From the NCBI GenBank assembly GCA_040386275.1, contig JAZKFU010000011.1, forward strand, positions 1,383 to 65,382: a stretch of 64,000 nt of DNA, in the 5' to 3' direction. The translations under genes were made by a program, and so were the position numbers. Below are positions 40,503-49,867 of this stretch, piece by piece. This DNA is from Patescibacteria group bacterium (GTDB lineage: Bacteria; Patescibacteriota; Minisyncoccia; Phycocordibacterales; UBA918). Numbering within the stretch: position 1 is the stretch's first letter; every line of letters starts with the position of its first letter. The notes under the pieces are model-generated. The model saw only the letters and a list, made by a program, of their open reading frames with translations, ran no database searches and was not told the DNA's origin.

Positions 40503-42416
40503 ATGGTTCGAGGTAAAGGAACGGGGTTTGTTAAAATTCTGGGCCACGAGGAAGACGTGATTATTGAACGAGAAAACCTCGGGTTTGCGCTTGATGGGGA
40601 TGTCGTTGAAATTAAGCTAAAAAAGCTTGCGCCGGGCAAACGCCAGGAAGCTGAGGTGGTACGTGTCGTTTCAAAGGCCTTCCGGGAACTGATTGGCGTA
40701 GTGAAAGAGAAAACTATCGGTGGGAAAAAGGTCCTCTTTTTTAACCCGGACAACCACCGCATCCACGTCCGTCCCCTCTTACCTACCGCTACCGCCTCAG
40801 ATATTGATATGAAGGTAGCAATTGAAATCACGAGCTGGGCTGATGTCAAAGAAGAGCCGATTGGTACCATTATCGAAACGTTGGGGCGGGCTGGAGATCA
40901 CGAAACCGAAATGCAGGCAATTATTCGTTCAGGCGGGTTTGCTAAAAACTTCCCGGAAGTCGTCCAAGAAGCCGCTCAGAAATTGTATAAAGACCAGGCT
41001 CAGATTTTTGCTGACGCGGTCGCTGACCCAAAGCGACGTGACTTTCGGGGAGTAACCACAATGACGATTGACCCGCATGATGCCAAGGACTTTGACGATG
41101 CATTGTCATTTGAGAAACTCGAGAATGGTAACTACTCTATCGGTATTCATATTGCTGACGTATCACACTATGTGCGCGTGGGTGAAGTGCTCGATGACGA
41201 AGCTAAAGAACGCGGTACGTCCGTATATTTGGTAGACCGAGTCATTCCGATGTTGCCTGAAATTTTGAGTAATGACCTCTGTTCCCTACGACCAAACGAA
41301 GACCGCCTCGCCTTCTCTGCAGTATTTGAAATTACCCCGGGGGCTGAAGTAGTTGGCGAATGGTTTGGACAAACGATTATCAATTCTGACAAACGCTTTG
41401 CCTACGAAGGTGCCCAGGAAGTACTCGACAATGGCGCCGGTGAATACTACGAGGAACTCAACACCATGATGACGCTCGGACGGATTCTCCGTAAAAAACG
41501 CTACGCGTCAGGTGCCATTGCGTTTGAACAACCAGAAGTTAAATTTGAATTAGATGAAGCGGGCAAACCAATCCGCGCCTTTAAGAAAGAACGAGTGGAA
41601 ACCATGTTGATGATCGAGGATTTTATGTTGCTCGCTAACCAACAAGTAGCCAAACACATTGATGACCTGGCCAAAAAATACAAGCGCGACCTCGTGTACG
41701 TCTACCGTATTCACGATGTGCCAAACCCTGACAAAATTGAGGAACTGGCTATTTTCCTGCACGCTCTCGGGTATGAGTTTGAAACAAATAAAGGAACCGT
41801 TAAAGCTAATGAAATTAATCGTCTCCTAAAAGAGATTGTCGGTTCTCCCGAGGAAAACTTAATTAAGACTGCTGCTATTCGCTCAATGGCCAAAGCCGTG
41901 TACTCAACCAAGAACATCGGACACTTTGGTCTGGCGTTTAAATTCTATAGTCACTTCACCTCCCCCATTCGTCGCTACCCTGACTTGCTCGCTCACCGGC
42001 TCTTGCGCGCCCACTTGGATAACGTGCAGATTAAAAGTAGTGACTTTGCGCGTTATGAAGCCGTAGCCGTGCAATCATCAGCTCGTGAAATGGAAGCGGT
42101 TAAAGCTGAACGTGATTCAATCAAGTTCAAGCAAGTAGAGTTTATGCAAGGCAAAGTGGGTGATGAATTCCAAGCGATTATTACTGGCGTGACGGATTGG
42201 GGTATCTACGTCCAAGAACAAGAAGCGCTCTGTGAAGGCATGGTGCGTTTGGCCTCAATCCGGACTGATTACTTTGAACACGTAGCCAGCAAATACTGTA
42301 TTCGTGGTCAAAAGACCGGCAAGATTTATCGCCTCGGGGATACTGTTAAGGTAAAACTCGTCAAAGCCGATGCTGATGAACGACAACTGGATTTCGAGTT
42401 AGTAATCGAGAAATAA
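40503..42416 (+). CDS. rnr: ribonuclease R / RNase II-family 3'-5' exoribonuclease
   Basis: RNB domain motifs (TIDPHDAKDFDDALS, HFGLAFKFYSHFTSPIRRYPDL). C-terminal S1-like. Start moved to MVRGKG (40503, AAGGA RBS), because the ORF-track start lies inside the repeat. Confidence 0.85.
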   Translation: MVRGKGTGFVKILGHEEDVIIERENLGFALDGDVVEIKLKKLAPGKRQEAEVVRVVSKAFRELIGVVKEKTIGGKKVLFFNPDNHRIHVRPLLPTATASDIDMKVAIEITSWADVKEEPIGTIIETLGRAGDHETEMQAIIRSGGFAKNFPEVVQEAAQKLYKDQAQIFADAVADPKRRDFRGVTTMTIDPHDAKDFDDALSFEKLENGNYSIGIHIADVSHYVRVGEVLDDEAKERGTSVYLVDRVIPMLPEILSNDLCSLRPNEDRLAFSAVFEITPGAEVVGEWFGQTIINSDKRFAYEGAQEVLDNGAGEYYEELNTMMTLGRILRKKRYASGAIAFEQPEVKFELDEAGKPIRAFKKERVETMLMIEDFMLLANQQVAKHIDDLAKKYKRDLVYVYRIHDVPNPDKIEELAIFLHALGYEFETNKGTVKANEINRLLKEIVGSPEENLIKTAAIRSMAKAVYSTKNIGHFGLAFKFYSHFTSPIRRYPDLLAHRLLRAHLDNVQIKSSDFARYEAVAVQSSAREMEAVKAERDSIKFKQVEFMQGKVGDEFQAIITGVTDWGIYVQEQEALCEGMVRLASIRTDYFEHVASKYCIRGQKTGKIYRLGDTVKVKLVKADADERQLDFELVIEK

Positions 42417-42447
42417 AAAAACTGCCCGGCAACCGGGCAGTTTTTTT
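42414..42447 (+). terminator. bidirectional rho-independent terminator shared by convergent genes
   Basis: aaaaaaactgcccggcaaccgggcagttttttt. Confidence 0.75.
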
Positions 42448-42448
42448 A

Positions 42449-43711
42449 TTAATTGCTCGCCATCTGGACTTCTTGTTGTTTCTTCTCGTAATCTGAAAAC
42501 GCTTGCGTCCAGCCCATCACTTTCGATACGTAGGTACTTGCTTCAGGTCCGTATGCCTCGACTCCTTTTTCTTTGGCACACTGGTGAATCATCGCAAAAA
42601 ATACATCGTATCCTGAGAGTGGTTCAGTTTGACCGACTAACTCAGCTGTTGATTCTGGTTCAGGATAGTTTTCCAAAAACCAACGCACTACTTCAGTCAT
42701 ACGGCGCTGTCCTGCATTGTATGAATTTATCATCAACGGCACTAAGAAATATTTTTCCATTGAAGCGGTATTCCCGTCAAAGTAAACTTTCGTTATGTAT
42801 GCTAATTCAAGATCTAGATCTTCAGCTAGTTTGGTATACGACGTTTCAATATGCTGAACACCCACTGGCAATTGATCAAGTAGATTTCGTGGATCAAGAT
42901 GCGGAAGATTGTGCTCTTTAATATATCCTTCAAATGTCCGTGGCATGGTTTGAAGCAACCCCACCGCCCCCGCTTTACTTGTCTTATTTGCATCAAAACG
43001 TGACTCTTCCGCTGCTAGTCCTATGAGATAGGGTGTAAATTCTTCTTCGACTCGTGGAGTTAATTGCGTAAAATTAGTTTCCAGTCTAATTATTGATAGA
43101 GCATCCCTCCCCTGAGGATCAGTTTCCAGTGGAGTTGTAGCGTTATCATAGACAAGTTCAACCTTACTATTCATATGCTCTGCACGGGTACTAGAGAGGT
43201 CTTGATACACATGGAGCATATTAATATCCGAAGTAGGGATATCTAATTGTTTACCAATATACGCTTCTTGCTCTTTTATCCACGCACCGGGAATTCCTTT
43301 TGGACCCGCACCTTCAAATCGCCAGGTCATTTCTTCAGGTGATAAACCGACGGACTCAGTGAGATTAAAGGGCTCAGTAATTTGTCTACCTAATGAATCC
43401 ACAAAGAGAACTTGGTCACGTCGTAACTCTCCCGCCTCAATGGTTCGAGCCGCTAACACTTTTTCAAAAACTGGCGAAGGCAATTCCTCAGCAATCATTT
43501 CCGCATCGTCTATTCGTTCTACTCTCTCATTTGTGTCTTTTGCAGACTCTTCAGTTCGATCCAACTTTTCCGTATAGCTATATCCCTCTTTTGCCATAGC
43601 TCCTAACGCAAGCGTCGAGCCAATAAGACCAGCCTTCATTGTTCCTTGTGCCCATTTCCCTGGGTTATACCGTTTTTCTACTTTTATGTTTGAAATAGGA
43701 GTTTTTTCCAT
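42449..43711 (-). CDS. secreted/membrane-anchored lytic transglycosylase (SLT) domain protein
   Basis: AAEESRFDANKTSKAGAVGLLQTMPRTF matches the SLT catalytic ES...GLMQ motif. N-terminal hydrophobic anchor. Confidence 0.5.
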   Translation of the reverse strand: MEKTPISNIKVEKRYNPGKWAQGTMKAGLIGSTLALGAMAKEGYSYTEKLDRTEESAKDTNERVERIDDAEMIAEELPSPVFEKVLAARTIEAGELRRDQVLFVDSLGRQITEPFNLTESVGLSPEEMTWRFEGAGPKGIPGAWIKEQEAYIGKQLDIPTSDINMLHVYQDLSSTRAEHMNSKVELVYDNATTPLETDPQGRDALSIIRLETNFTQLTPRVEEEFTPYLIGLAAEESRFDANKTSKAGAVGLLQTMPRTFEGYIKEHNLPHLDPRNLLDQLPVGVQHIETSYTKLAEDLDLELAYITKVYFDGNTASMEKYFLVPLMINSYNAGQRRMTEVVRWFLENYPEPESTAELVGQTEPLSGYDVFFAMIHQCAKEKGVEAYGPEASTYVSKVMGWTQAFSDYEKKQQEVQMASN

Positions 43712-43745
43712 AGTACCTATAAGTATAGCATTGCCCTACAAGGGT

Positions 43746-43764
43746 CTGTACACAGCCTGTACAT
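43746..43764 (+). promoter_or_regulatory. candidate operator: TGTACA-N5-TGTACA palindromic repeat in divergent promoter region
   Basis: ctgtacacagcctgtacat between divergent genes (starts at 43711 and 43821). Confidence 0.25.
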
Positions 43765-43820
43765 TAATTAAAAATATGTCATGATGAAAGCGGAGGAGAC
43801 ATCACTTATGAAAGGAGGCT

Positions 43821-44117
43821 GTGATGCATTATGATCTTCCACCACGCAAAACTCCCCACCGTTGGCGCGTAGAACTGACAGGTCAAATTGATGAGTTACA
43901 AGAAGCAGTAAATGCTCTAGAATATTATCTCGAGGAGGCCTGGATAGGAGTACTACAAAAAGGAGACGATGATGAAGCTAACGCCATCATCACGCTTAAA
44001 TGGCTTGATGTCGGCATGACCCAAATGGTCCGGAGTATCATTGAGAGCGATTTTGATGGAATTCGGATTATCTACAACGGAGGAACAGACGAAGATGGGG
44101 ACAGAATTACAATCTGA
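43821..44117 (+). CDS. hypothetical small acidic protein
   Basis: GGAGG RBS 6 nt upstream. Followed by terminator. Confidence 0.4.
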   Translation: MMHYDLPPRKTPHRWRVELTGQIDELQEAVNALEYYLEEAWIGVLQKGDDDEANAIITLKWLDVGMTQMVRSIIESDFDGIRIIYNGGTDEDGDRITI

Positions 44118-44124
44118 TAGAGGA

Positions 44125-44176
44125 AAAGCTTGTGCGACTATTGGTTACCATACCATCGTCACACAAGCTTTTTTAA
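44125..44176 (+). terminator. rho-independent terminator
   Basis: aaaagcttgtgcgac...gtcacacaagctttttt. Confidence 0.6.
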
Positions 44177-44219
44177 TACATATTTTTTATAACTACCCGT
44201 GAATGAATGTCTTTGATAG

Positions 44220-44297
44220 ATTTCACCTCAACGAGTACAAGTTCCAGGAGTTTGGCCTAGGAAAGGGCCAAACTCGGAACAAAATTCGCAATATGCC
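44220..44297 (+). repeat. tandem structured repeat, unit 1 (~78 nt)
   Basis: atttcacctcaacgagtacaagttccag, then hairpin gtttggcc-taggaaa-gggccaaac (44250-44273), then tcggaacaaaattcgcaata. Confidence 0.55.
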
Positions 44298-44332
44298 TTC
44301 TTAACTTTAAAACATATTACTTCGGTAGAGAT

Positions 44333-44410
44333 AATTTCAACGATTTCAGGTTCTAGCAATTTGCCCTAGGAAAAAGGGGCAAATTGAGAACAAAATTCGC
44401 AATACACCCT
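44333..44410 (+). repeat. tandem structured repeat, unit 2 (~78 nt), followed by UUCG-loop hairpin at 44404-44418
   Basis: aatttcaacgatttcaggttctagc, then hairpin aatttgccc-taggaaaaag-gggcaaatt (compensatory changes relative to unit 1), then gagaacaaaattcgcaata. Then acaccc-ttcg-ggtgt + T-rich. Confidence 0.55.
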
Positions 44411-44427
44411 TCGGGTGTTTGCTCATT

Positions 44428-46683
44428 TTATTTCGCAACAGCCAATGCATCCTCGAACTTTACTGAGAGCAATTTAGATACCCCATCACTCCCCATAGTT
44501 ACACCATACAAAATTCCCGCTCGACTCATAGTTTCGCGATTGTGGGTAATTAAAATTAGTTGGGACTTTTCTGACAGAGCCTGAATCATATCACCGTAGC
44601 GCCGACTGTTGGCTTCGTCTAAAGCAGCGTCTGTTTCATCGAGGATAATAAACAGGGGTGGATTGACCTGACTCATCGCAAAGATTAAGGCGATTGATGT
44701 TAGAGCACGTTCACCACCGGACAACATCTCGAGCCCTTTCACGCGCTTGTTTGGTAACGCGACATCAAGTTCCACCCCTTCCTCCTTCCCTTCTTCTTCA
44801 GACAATGTTTCTGCTCCTTCATCATCAATTACTTTTACTTTTGGCTTCACTCGTTTAAGCTCTGCTTTTCCCCCGCCAAACATCAAGACAAAGAACCGAT
44901 TGAACTCGGTACCAATTTTATCAATCCCGGCGATAAATCGTTCGTTTAACTGGGCGTTTAATTCGGTGATGAGTGACTCTAATTTTTCAACTGAACTTTC
45001 TAAATCACTAATTTCGCGCGCCAAAAACTGATCTCGCTCTTCAGCATCTTTATGCTCCTTAAGCACGTCTTCGGTAGCACCAATCCCCAATTCTTCGAGT
45101 CTTATTTTTAATTTCTCAAGCGCCCGTCTGCGATCACGTTGTATACTTCGATCTTCATTTACAATTTGCTCAGTTGAAACCGCTACTCCATTGTCGATGA
45201 TTTCGTAATTAAAATACTGAGCGGCGGCACTTTTGATTAAGGTGACTGCTTCTTGTAACTCTTGTTTAAATTCATCACGGTCCCGTTCTAGTACAAATAA
45301 TTCCCGATCAATTTTCTCGAGTTCTATATCAACCAGACGTTGCTCGCTCACGAGCGAAAAAACGGCTCGTTCAGCATCGCGATTATTCAAAGCTTCGGCT
45401 TCAATGGACGCTTTAAGCGCATCGTATGCAGACTGTGCGATTTGTTCTTTTTGTTGTGCTGCTTGATGGGCTGATTCAAGGCTTTTATTTTGTTGCGTTA
45501 ATTCTCGCAACTCTGCTTCTTCAGCTTTAGTATCTTCAAGCGCCGTTGGTTCGTTGCGGGTAATAAAGACCTTAAGGGTATGCACGATATCGGACAAAGC
45601 CCGTTTAAGTATCGCCACATCGTCACGCTTGAGCGCTTTTTCAACCTCACTTTCAATTGTAGTGATGAGTGACTCGTATGACGCGACATTCACAAATTGC
45701 GTTTGGGTCGTTGGCTTTTGTTGTTGCTTAGCTTCAATGCGCTTGGTAACGTACGCAATTTGTCCCTCGAGTTGATTGAGGGCGCGAAAGGCTGATTGCC
45801 GTGCGGACCGGGCATTTGCTAAGTTTTCTTCAGCTTCACTCACCGCTGAGTTACCTGATTTATTTTCTGCTTTTCGTAACGTATCTTTGGCTTCGGCAAG
45901 TTGCTGCGCTAATTTTTCTTTGAGTTCAGAGGGGGTACGTCTCGCTTCCTTTAAGGCATCAACATGGTACGCAATGTACGTGTCTTCTCGTTTAAGGTAT
46001 TCGGCATAGACTGATTTTAATTCCGCTTGGACTTGCAGAGATTTCTCAACGCGCGCCACTTGTTTTTTGAGGTATGCTAAATGCGGTGCGTGTTCTCGCC
46101 TGAGTGACTGCACCTGTTCGATATTTCCTTTAGTTTTTTCGAGTTTCTTTTCTGCTTCGTTCTTTTTGTATTGATACACTTTGAGTCCCAAGGCATCTTC
46201 AATCATTTCACGACGTTCGCGGCCTGAAGCAGAGAGAATCCGGTCGGCTTCCCCTTGAGAAATAATATGATGCCCAGTTGAACCTATATTAGCGGCCGCC
46301 AGTAGTTCTTGAACATCCTTTAACCGTACCTGGGAATCATTAATAAAATATTCATTTTGTCCATCGCGATGGACCACGCGCTCAATTTTGATACTATCAA
46401 AATCTACTCCAAATACCCGCTTGGTATTGTCGAGCATCACGGATACCGAGGCTCGGTTTCCCCGAGACACTGATTCCGAACCACCCCAGATTAAATCTTC
46501 TCCGCGCTTTCCACGCAATGACTTAACAGACTGTTCCCCGAGTACAAACCGAAAGGCTTCAGCGACGTTACTTTTCCCTGAACCATTTGGTCCGACAATT
46601 GAGGTAATGGGTGCAGAAAATTCCAGCTCGCTCTTTTTAGCAAAAGATTTAAAACCATTAATACTGAGTTCTTGAAGGTACAT
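44428..46683 (-). CDS. SMC-family chromosome segregation ATPase (short form, 751 aa)
   Basis: N-terminal Walker A GPNGSGKSNV. Long coiled coil. C-terminal signature LSGGERALTSIAL and Walker B FIILDETDAALD. Confidence 0.7.
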   Translation of the reverse strand: MYLQELSINGFKSFAKKSELEFSAPITSIVGPNGSGKSNVAEAFRFVLGEQSVKSLRGKRGEDLIWGGSESVSRGNRASVSVMLDNTKRVFGVDFDSIKIERVVHRDGQNEYFINDSQVRLKDVQELLAAANIGSTGHHIISQGEADRILSASGRERREMIEDALGLKVYQYKKNEAEKKLEKTKGNIEQVQSLRREHAPHLAYLKKQVARVEKSLQVQAELKSVYAEYLKREDTYIAYHVDALKEARRTPSELKEKLAQQLAEAKDTLRKAENKSGNSAVSEAEENLANARSARQSAFRALNQLEGQIAYVTKRIEAKQQQKPTTQTQFVNVASYESLITTIESEVEKALKRDDVAILKRALSDIVHTLKVFITRNEPTALEDTKAEEAELRELTQQNKSLESAHQAAQQKEQIAQSAYDALKASIEAEALNNRDAERAVFSLVSEQRLVDIELEKIDRELFVLERDRDEFKQELQEAVTLIKSAAAQYFNYEIIDNGVAVSTEQIVNEDRSIQRDRRRALEKLKIRLEELGIGATEDVLKEHKDAEERDQFLAREISDLESSVEKLESLITELNAQLNERFIAGIDKIGTEFNRFFVLMFGGGKAELKRVKPKVKVIDDEGAETLSEEEGKEEGVELDVALPNKRVKGLEMLSGGERALTSIALIFAMSQVNPPLFIILDETDAALDEANSRRYGDMIQALSEKSQLILITHNRETMSRAGILYGVTMGSDGVSKLLSVKFEDALAVAK

Positions 46684-46707
46684 GCCGGCGTTTATAATAT
46701 CAAAGTT

Positions 46708-47208
46708 TTACCAGCTAACACCGCCTGCTGAATAGACCGCGTACGTATTTGAATCAGTGGTGCCGTTAGCGTACTCGTCTCCCGTGGTAGTAAATTTAAC
46801 TTCAACTGAATCTTTAACCATAAGTTTGTAATCATCACCGCTCGCATCAGTGCGGTACATAAATCCTTGCCCAGCGGTGTTTTCACTGCTAGGGTCACGT
46901 GGTAACGCGGGAATGTAATCAGGAACTAACCCCGTAATATAATCGGTACAACTAGCACTTGCTTCAGCATAACTTCCAGCCGCTACACTACAGCCCGCGG
47001 CTGGGTACCGGTCATTTTGCGCTTTATAAAATTCAATAGCGAGTTGCAGTTCTTTGAGACTAGTTTTTCGAATATCATCACGAGATGATTTGCGCGCTTC
47101 ACCAAAGTTAGCGTAGACAATCGACGACAAAATTCCAATAATAGAGATAGCCACCATGAGTTCAACTAAGGTAAATCCTTTAAAGTGTTTTGAATATTTA
47201 TGTAACAT
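46708..47208 (-). CDS. type IV pilin-like / pseudopilin (prepilin N-terminal methylation motif)
   Basis: MLHKYSKHFKGFTLVELMVAISIIGIL class III signal (G|FTLxE + hydrophobic helix). Confidence 0.6.
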   Translation of the reverse strand: MLHKYSKHFKGFTLVELMVAISIIGILSSIVYANFGEARKSSRDDIRKTSLKELQLAIEFYKAQNDRYPAAGCSVAAGSYAEASASCTDYITGLVPDYIPALPRDPSSENTAGQGFMYRTDASGDDYKLMVKDSVEVKFTTTGDEYANGTTDSNTYAVYSAGGVSW

Positions 47209-47209
47209 A

Positions 47210-47785
47210 TTATGAGCAAATTACGACAGCGGTGTTTGTTTTTACTGAGGCAGGGGTAGTTCCGTCAGCAAACCCACCCCACAGTGCATAGGTTCGTTGG
47301 TAGGTAGCATCGCTCGGACTGCAAACTCCAGTGGTGGTACAGATAGCGGCAGAACTAGTATCACACCGCTTCATAACATGGGTGTTGGTCACCGTTTCTG
47401 CCTCTACCGATCCCACTGCCATTATTTTATAACTAGTCCCTGCAGCGTTCGTAACGTATGAATACCCCAGTGCACTGCCTCGTCTCGAGTCATTGGGCAA
47501 AACCGGAATATACTCGGGAGCTAGCCCGGCGATATACGTCAGACCATCAGCTTCACTTGATAACCCATCACCACCCGGGTATCCCATAGCGGGATACCTC
47601 CCCACTTTTCGTTTGTATTGCTCAATAGCACTCTGGAGGTTTCGCAAATCAGCTTGTCGCTCGATATCGCGCGCGCGTGGGTTGGCACGTCCAACATTGG
47701 CATACACAATAGCCGCTAAAATACTCACAACGGTAATAGTGACTAAAAGTTCAACCAATGTAAACCCAGCGATGCGTCGTTTCAT
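47210..47785 (-). CDS. type IV pilin-like / pseudopilin
   Basis: MKRRIAGFTLVELLVTITVVSILAAIV prepilin motif. Start moved to MKRR (47785). Confidence 0.6.
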   Translation of the reverse strand: MKRRIAGFTLVELLVTITVVSILAAIVYANVGRANPRARDIERQADLRNLQSAIEQYKRKVGRYPAMGYPGGDGLSSEADGLTYIAGLAPEYIPVLPNDSRRGSALGYSYVTNAAGTSYKIMAVGSVEAETVTNTHVMKRCDTSSAAICTTTGVCSPSDATYQRTYALWGGFADGTTPASVKTNTAVVICS

Positions 47786-47862
47786 TGCTACCAGTGTATC
47801 ACGATACAAAAGAGGCACGAGCCTTGGCCGTACCTTCCTGTGCATTATAGGTACAAGCGATT

Positions 47863-48579
47863 TTAATCAGCCTCCCAGCCCTTGGCAATCAAAGCCTTTT
47901 CTGCCGCTGCTTGTTCAGCCTCTTGTTTAGAACGACCATCTCCTTCAGCAATCTTTTCTTGTCGCAAAAATACTCCGACGGTAAACACGCGATCATGGTC
48001 GGGACCACTTTGACTCATCAATTGATAGGTTGGCGTCACGGAAGCATGTTCTTGTCCCAATTCCTGGAATCGACTTTTTGCATCTTGCCATAATTTTTTG
48101 CGGACAATCTCATCAGTTTTAGGGAATAGTTCTCGCGCCACAAATGTACGCGCAACATCAAACCCTTGATCTAAATAAATAGCTCCGATAAACGCTTCAA
48201 AAACGTTCGCTAGGATGTATTGTCGGGCCCGCCCTTCATCTTTGGCTTCACCCTTACTCATCAGTAGGTATTGATTTACTCCGAGCGCTTCGGATGATGC
48301 TGAAAGTGACACGGTATTAACCAACGCTGCCCGGATAGCAGTTAATTCCCCTTCTGGTTTATCCGCGTACGTTTTAAATAGATAGTCAGTCACTACTAGC
48401 TCCAATACCGCGTCTCCCAAAAACTCCAACCGTTCATTATGGTCTTGAGTAGCATTACGATGCTCATTTAAATATGAACGATGGGTAATCGCAGAGAGTA
48501 ACAGCTGCTTATCAGTAAAAACGACACCTAATATTTCTTCCAAGCTGGCTAAATCATCTTCAATGTTTCGTGCATCCAT
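47863..48579 (-). CDS. rnc: ribonuclease III
   Basis: RNase III signature ERLEFLGDAVLELVV and C-terminal dsRBD. Start moved to MDARNIED (48579). Confidence 0.85.
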   Translation of the reverse strand: MDARNIEDDLASLEEILGVVFTDKQLLLSAITHRSYLNEHRNATQDHNERLEFLGDAVLELVVTDYLFKTYADKPEGELTAIRAALVNTVSLSASSEALGVNQYLLMSKGEAKDEGRARQYILANVFEAFIGAIYLDQGFDVARTFVARELFPKTDEIVRKKLWQDAKSRFQELGQEHASVTPTYQLMSQSGPDHDRVFTVGVFLRQEKIAEGDGRSKQEAEQAAAEKALIAKGWEAD

Positions 48580-48668
48580 AAAATAGAAATAAGATATTTG
48601 TTTATTTGAATCGATAGAAATGAGTGCAATTCGCGTGAGAAGTGACCTTATGTCACTTCGCAAGACTC

Positions 48669-48718
48669 ACCCTGTTACTTTATGAACTAAAGTGAAATAA
48701 AGTAACGAGTGAGTAGAC
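48669..48718 (+). promoter_or_regulatory. long imperfect hairpin just upstream of rnc start
   Basis: actcaccctgttactttat ... ataaagtaacgagtgagt inverted repeat. Confidence 0.3.
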
Positions 48719-48749
48719 AGTTCCTGTAAGGAAGGGCAAGGAAAATATT

Positions 48750-48838
48750 TCTCGAAGTGCGGTCCAGCGATTTTCCTTAGGAGGAAAAATCGGGACATAA
48801 ATTCAGAATAATCGCTACGCTCATTTCTTCATTCACCA
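48750..48838 (+). repeat. family B intergenic repeat, copy 2
   Basis: ctcgaagtgcggtccagcgattttccttaggaggaaaaatcgggacataaattcagaataatcgctacgctcatttcttcattc. Hairpin cgattttcc/ggaaaaatcg. Confidence 0.65.
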
Positions 48839-48856
48839 TTTGTATCGATTCTAGCA

Positions 48857-49756
48857 TTAACGACTTTTTCTGCCAACTAGCATGGTAATGGCCTTGGTCA
48901 CAATTGGAAGGATGTCTTCGTAAAAATTTAGGTCAAGAATATCCGCTACCTTGAACCATTGCCCGTCGTCGAGACCGCCTTTTTGCTCCATTTCAATGGT
49001 GGTGTAGGGTGATGAGGCGAGGAAATAGTGTACTTGCTTACGCACCTTCCCTTTTTCTGGATGGGTTGCTACGTATTCGTTGTTACCCAATTCCGCTTCG
49101 ATAGTTATATCTAAGCCCATTTCTTCTTTCAGCTCGCGAACCGCTCCTGCTTGCACATCTTCTCCTTCTTCAATTTTTCCTTTTGATAGTGTCCAGTGGC
49201 CAAAAATGTCATGCACTAAAGCGAGGTACATCGAACCATTATCTTCGGCGTACACCACGGCACCAGCTAATCGTTCAATCGGCATTTCATTAAAAGGAAC
49301 TTCTTTTTTCTTCTTCCCTACTTCCTCTTTACCGGGTTCACCAATTTCCTTATAGACAGCCCCTAATACCCCGTTAACAAAACGGCTACTATTATCACCT
49401 CCAAATTGCTTCGCCAGTTCAATTGCTTCATTAATCGCTACTTTCGCCGGCACTTCTTTTCTATCTGCAAACAACAATTCAAATAACCCGAGACGCAGGA
49501 TATTTCGATCTACGGGTGAGATTCTATCAATTGGCCACTCCGGGGCGGCTTTTTCAATCACTAAATCAAGTTCGGGTTGCTTACTTAAAATACCATCGAG
49601 GAGTCGCTCCATAAATGGCCTGTCAGTTTTATTGGGTGCAAATTCTTCTATATTTCTATCTAAAACTTCAATAACTGCTTTTCGATCTATTGCATTCAAA
49701 TCCCACTCAAAAAGTGATTGTAGAACGATACTGCGTGAAAGGTGCCTATTTGCCAT
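48857..49756 (-). CDS. nusB: NusB-like antitermination domain fused to C-terminal NUDIX hydrolase domain
   Basis: N-terminal ~150 aa NusB fold (RSIVLQSLFEWD...FVNGVLGAV). C-terminal Nudix box GAVRELKEEMGLDITIEAE. Confidence 0.7.
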   Translation of the reverse strand: MANRHLSRSIVLQSLFEWDLNAIDRKAVIEVLDRNIEEFAPNKTDRPFMERLLDGILSKQPELDLVIEKAAPEWPIDRISPVDRNILRLGLFELLFADRKEVPAKVAINEAIELAKQFGGDNSSRFVNGVLGAVYKEIGEPGKEEVGKKKKEVPFNEMPIERLAGAVVYAEDNGSMYLALVHDIFGHWTLSKGKIEEGEDVQAGAVRELKEEMGLDITIEAELGNNEYVATHPEKGKVRKQVHYFLASSPYTTIEMEQKGGLDDGQWFKVADILDLNFYEDILPIVTKAITMLVGRKSR

Positions 49757-49829
49757 GAAAAAATGTACTTAACTGCTTCTGAGATTGAGTATACACGAAC
49801 CATACTTTCGCTACTACCCTTAATCCACA

Positions 49830-49858
49830 AATCCCGCACCGAGGTGCGGGATTTCTAA
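49830..49858 (-). terminator. hairpin 3' of rpmF (weak terminator)
   Basis: aaatcccgcacc-gagg-tgcgggattt. No clean U-run on minus strand. Confidence 0.3.
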
Positions 49859-49867
49859 ATGGGATAC

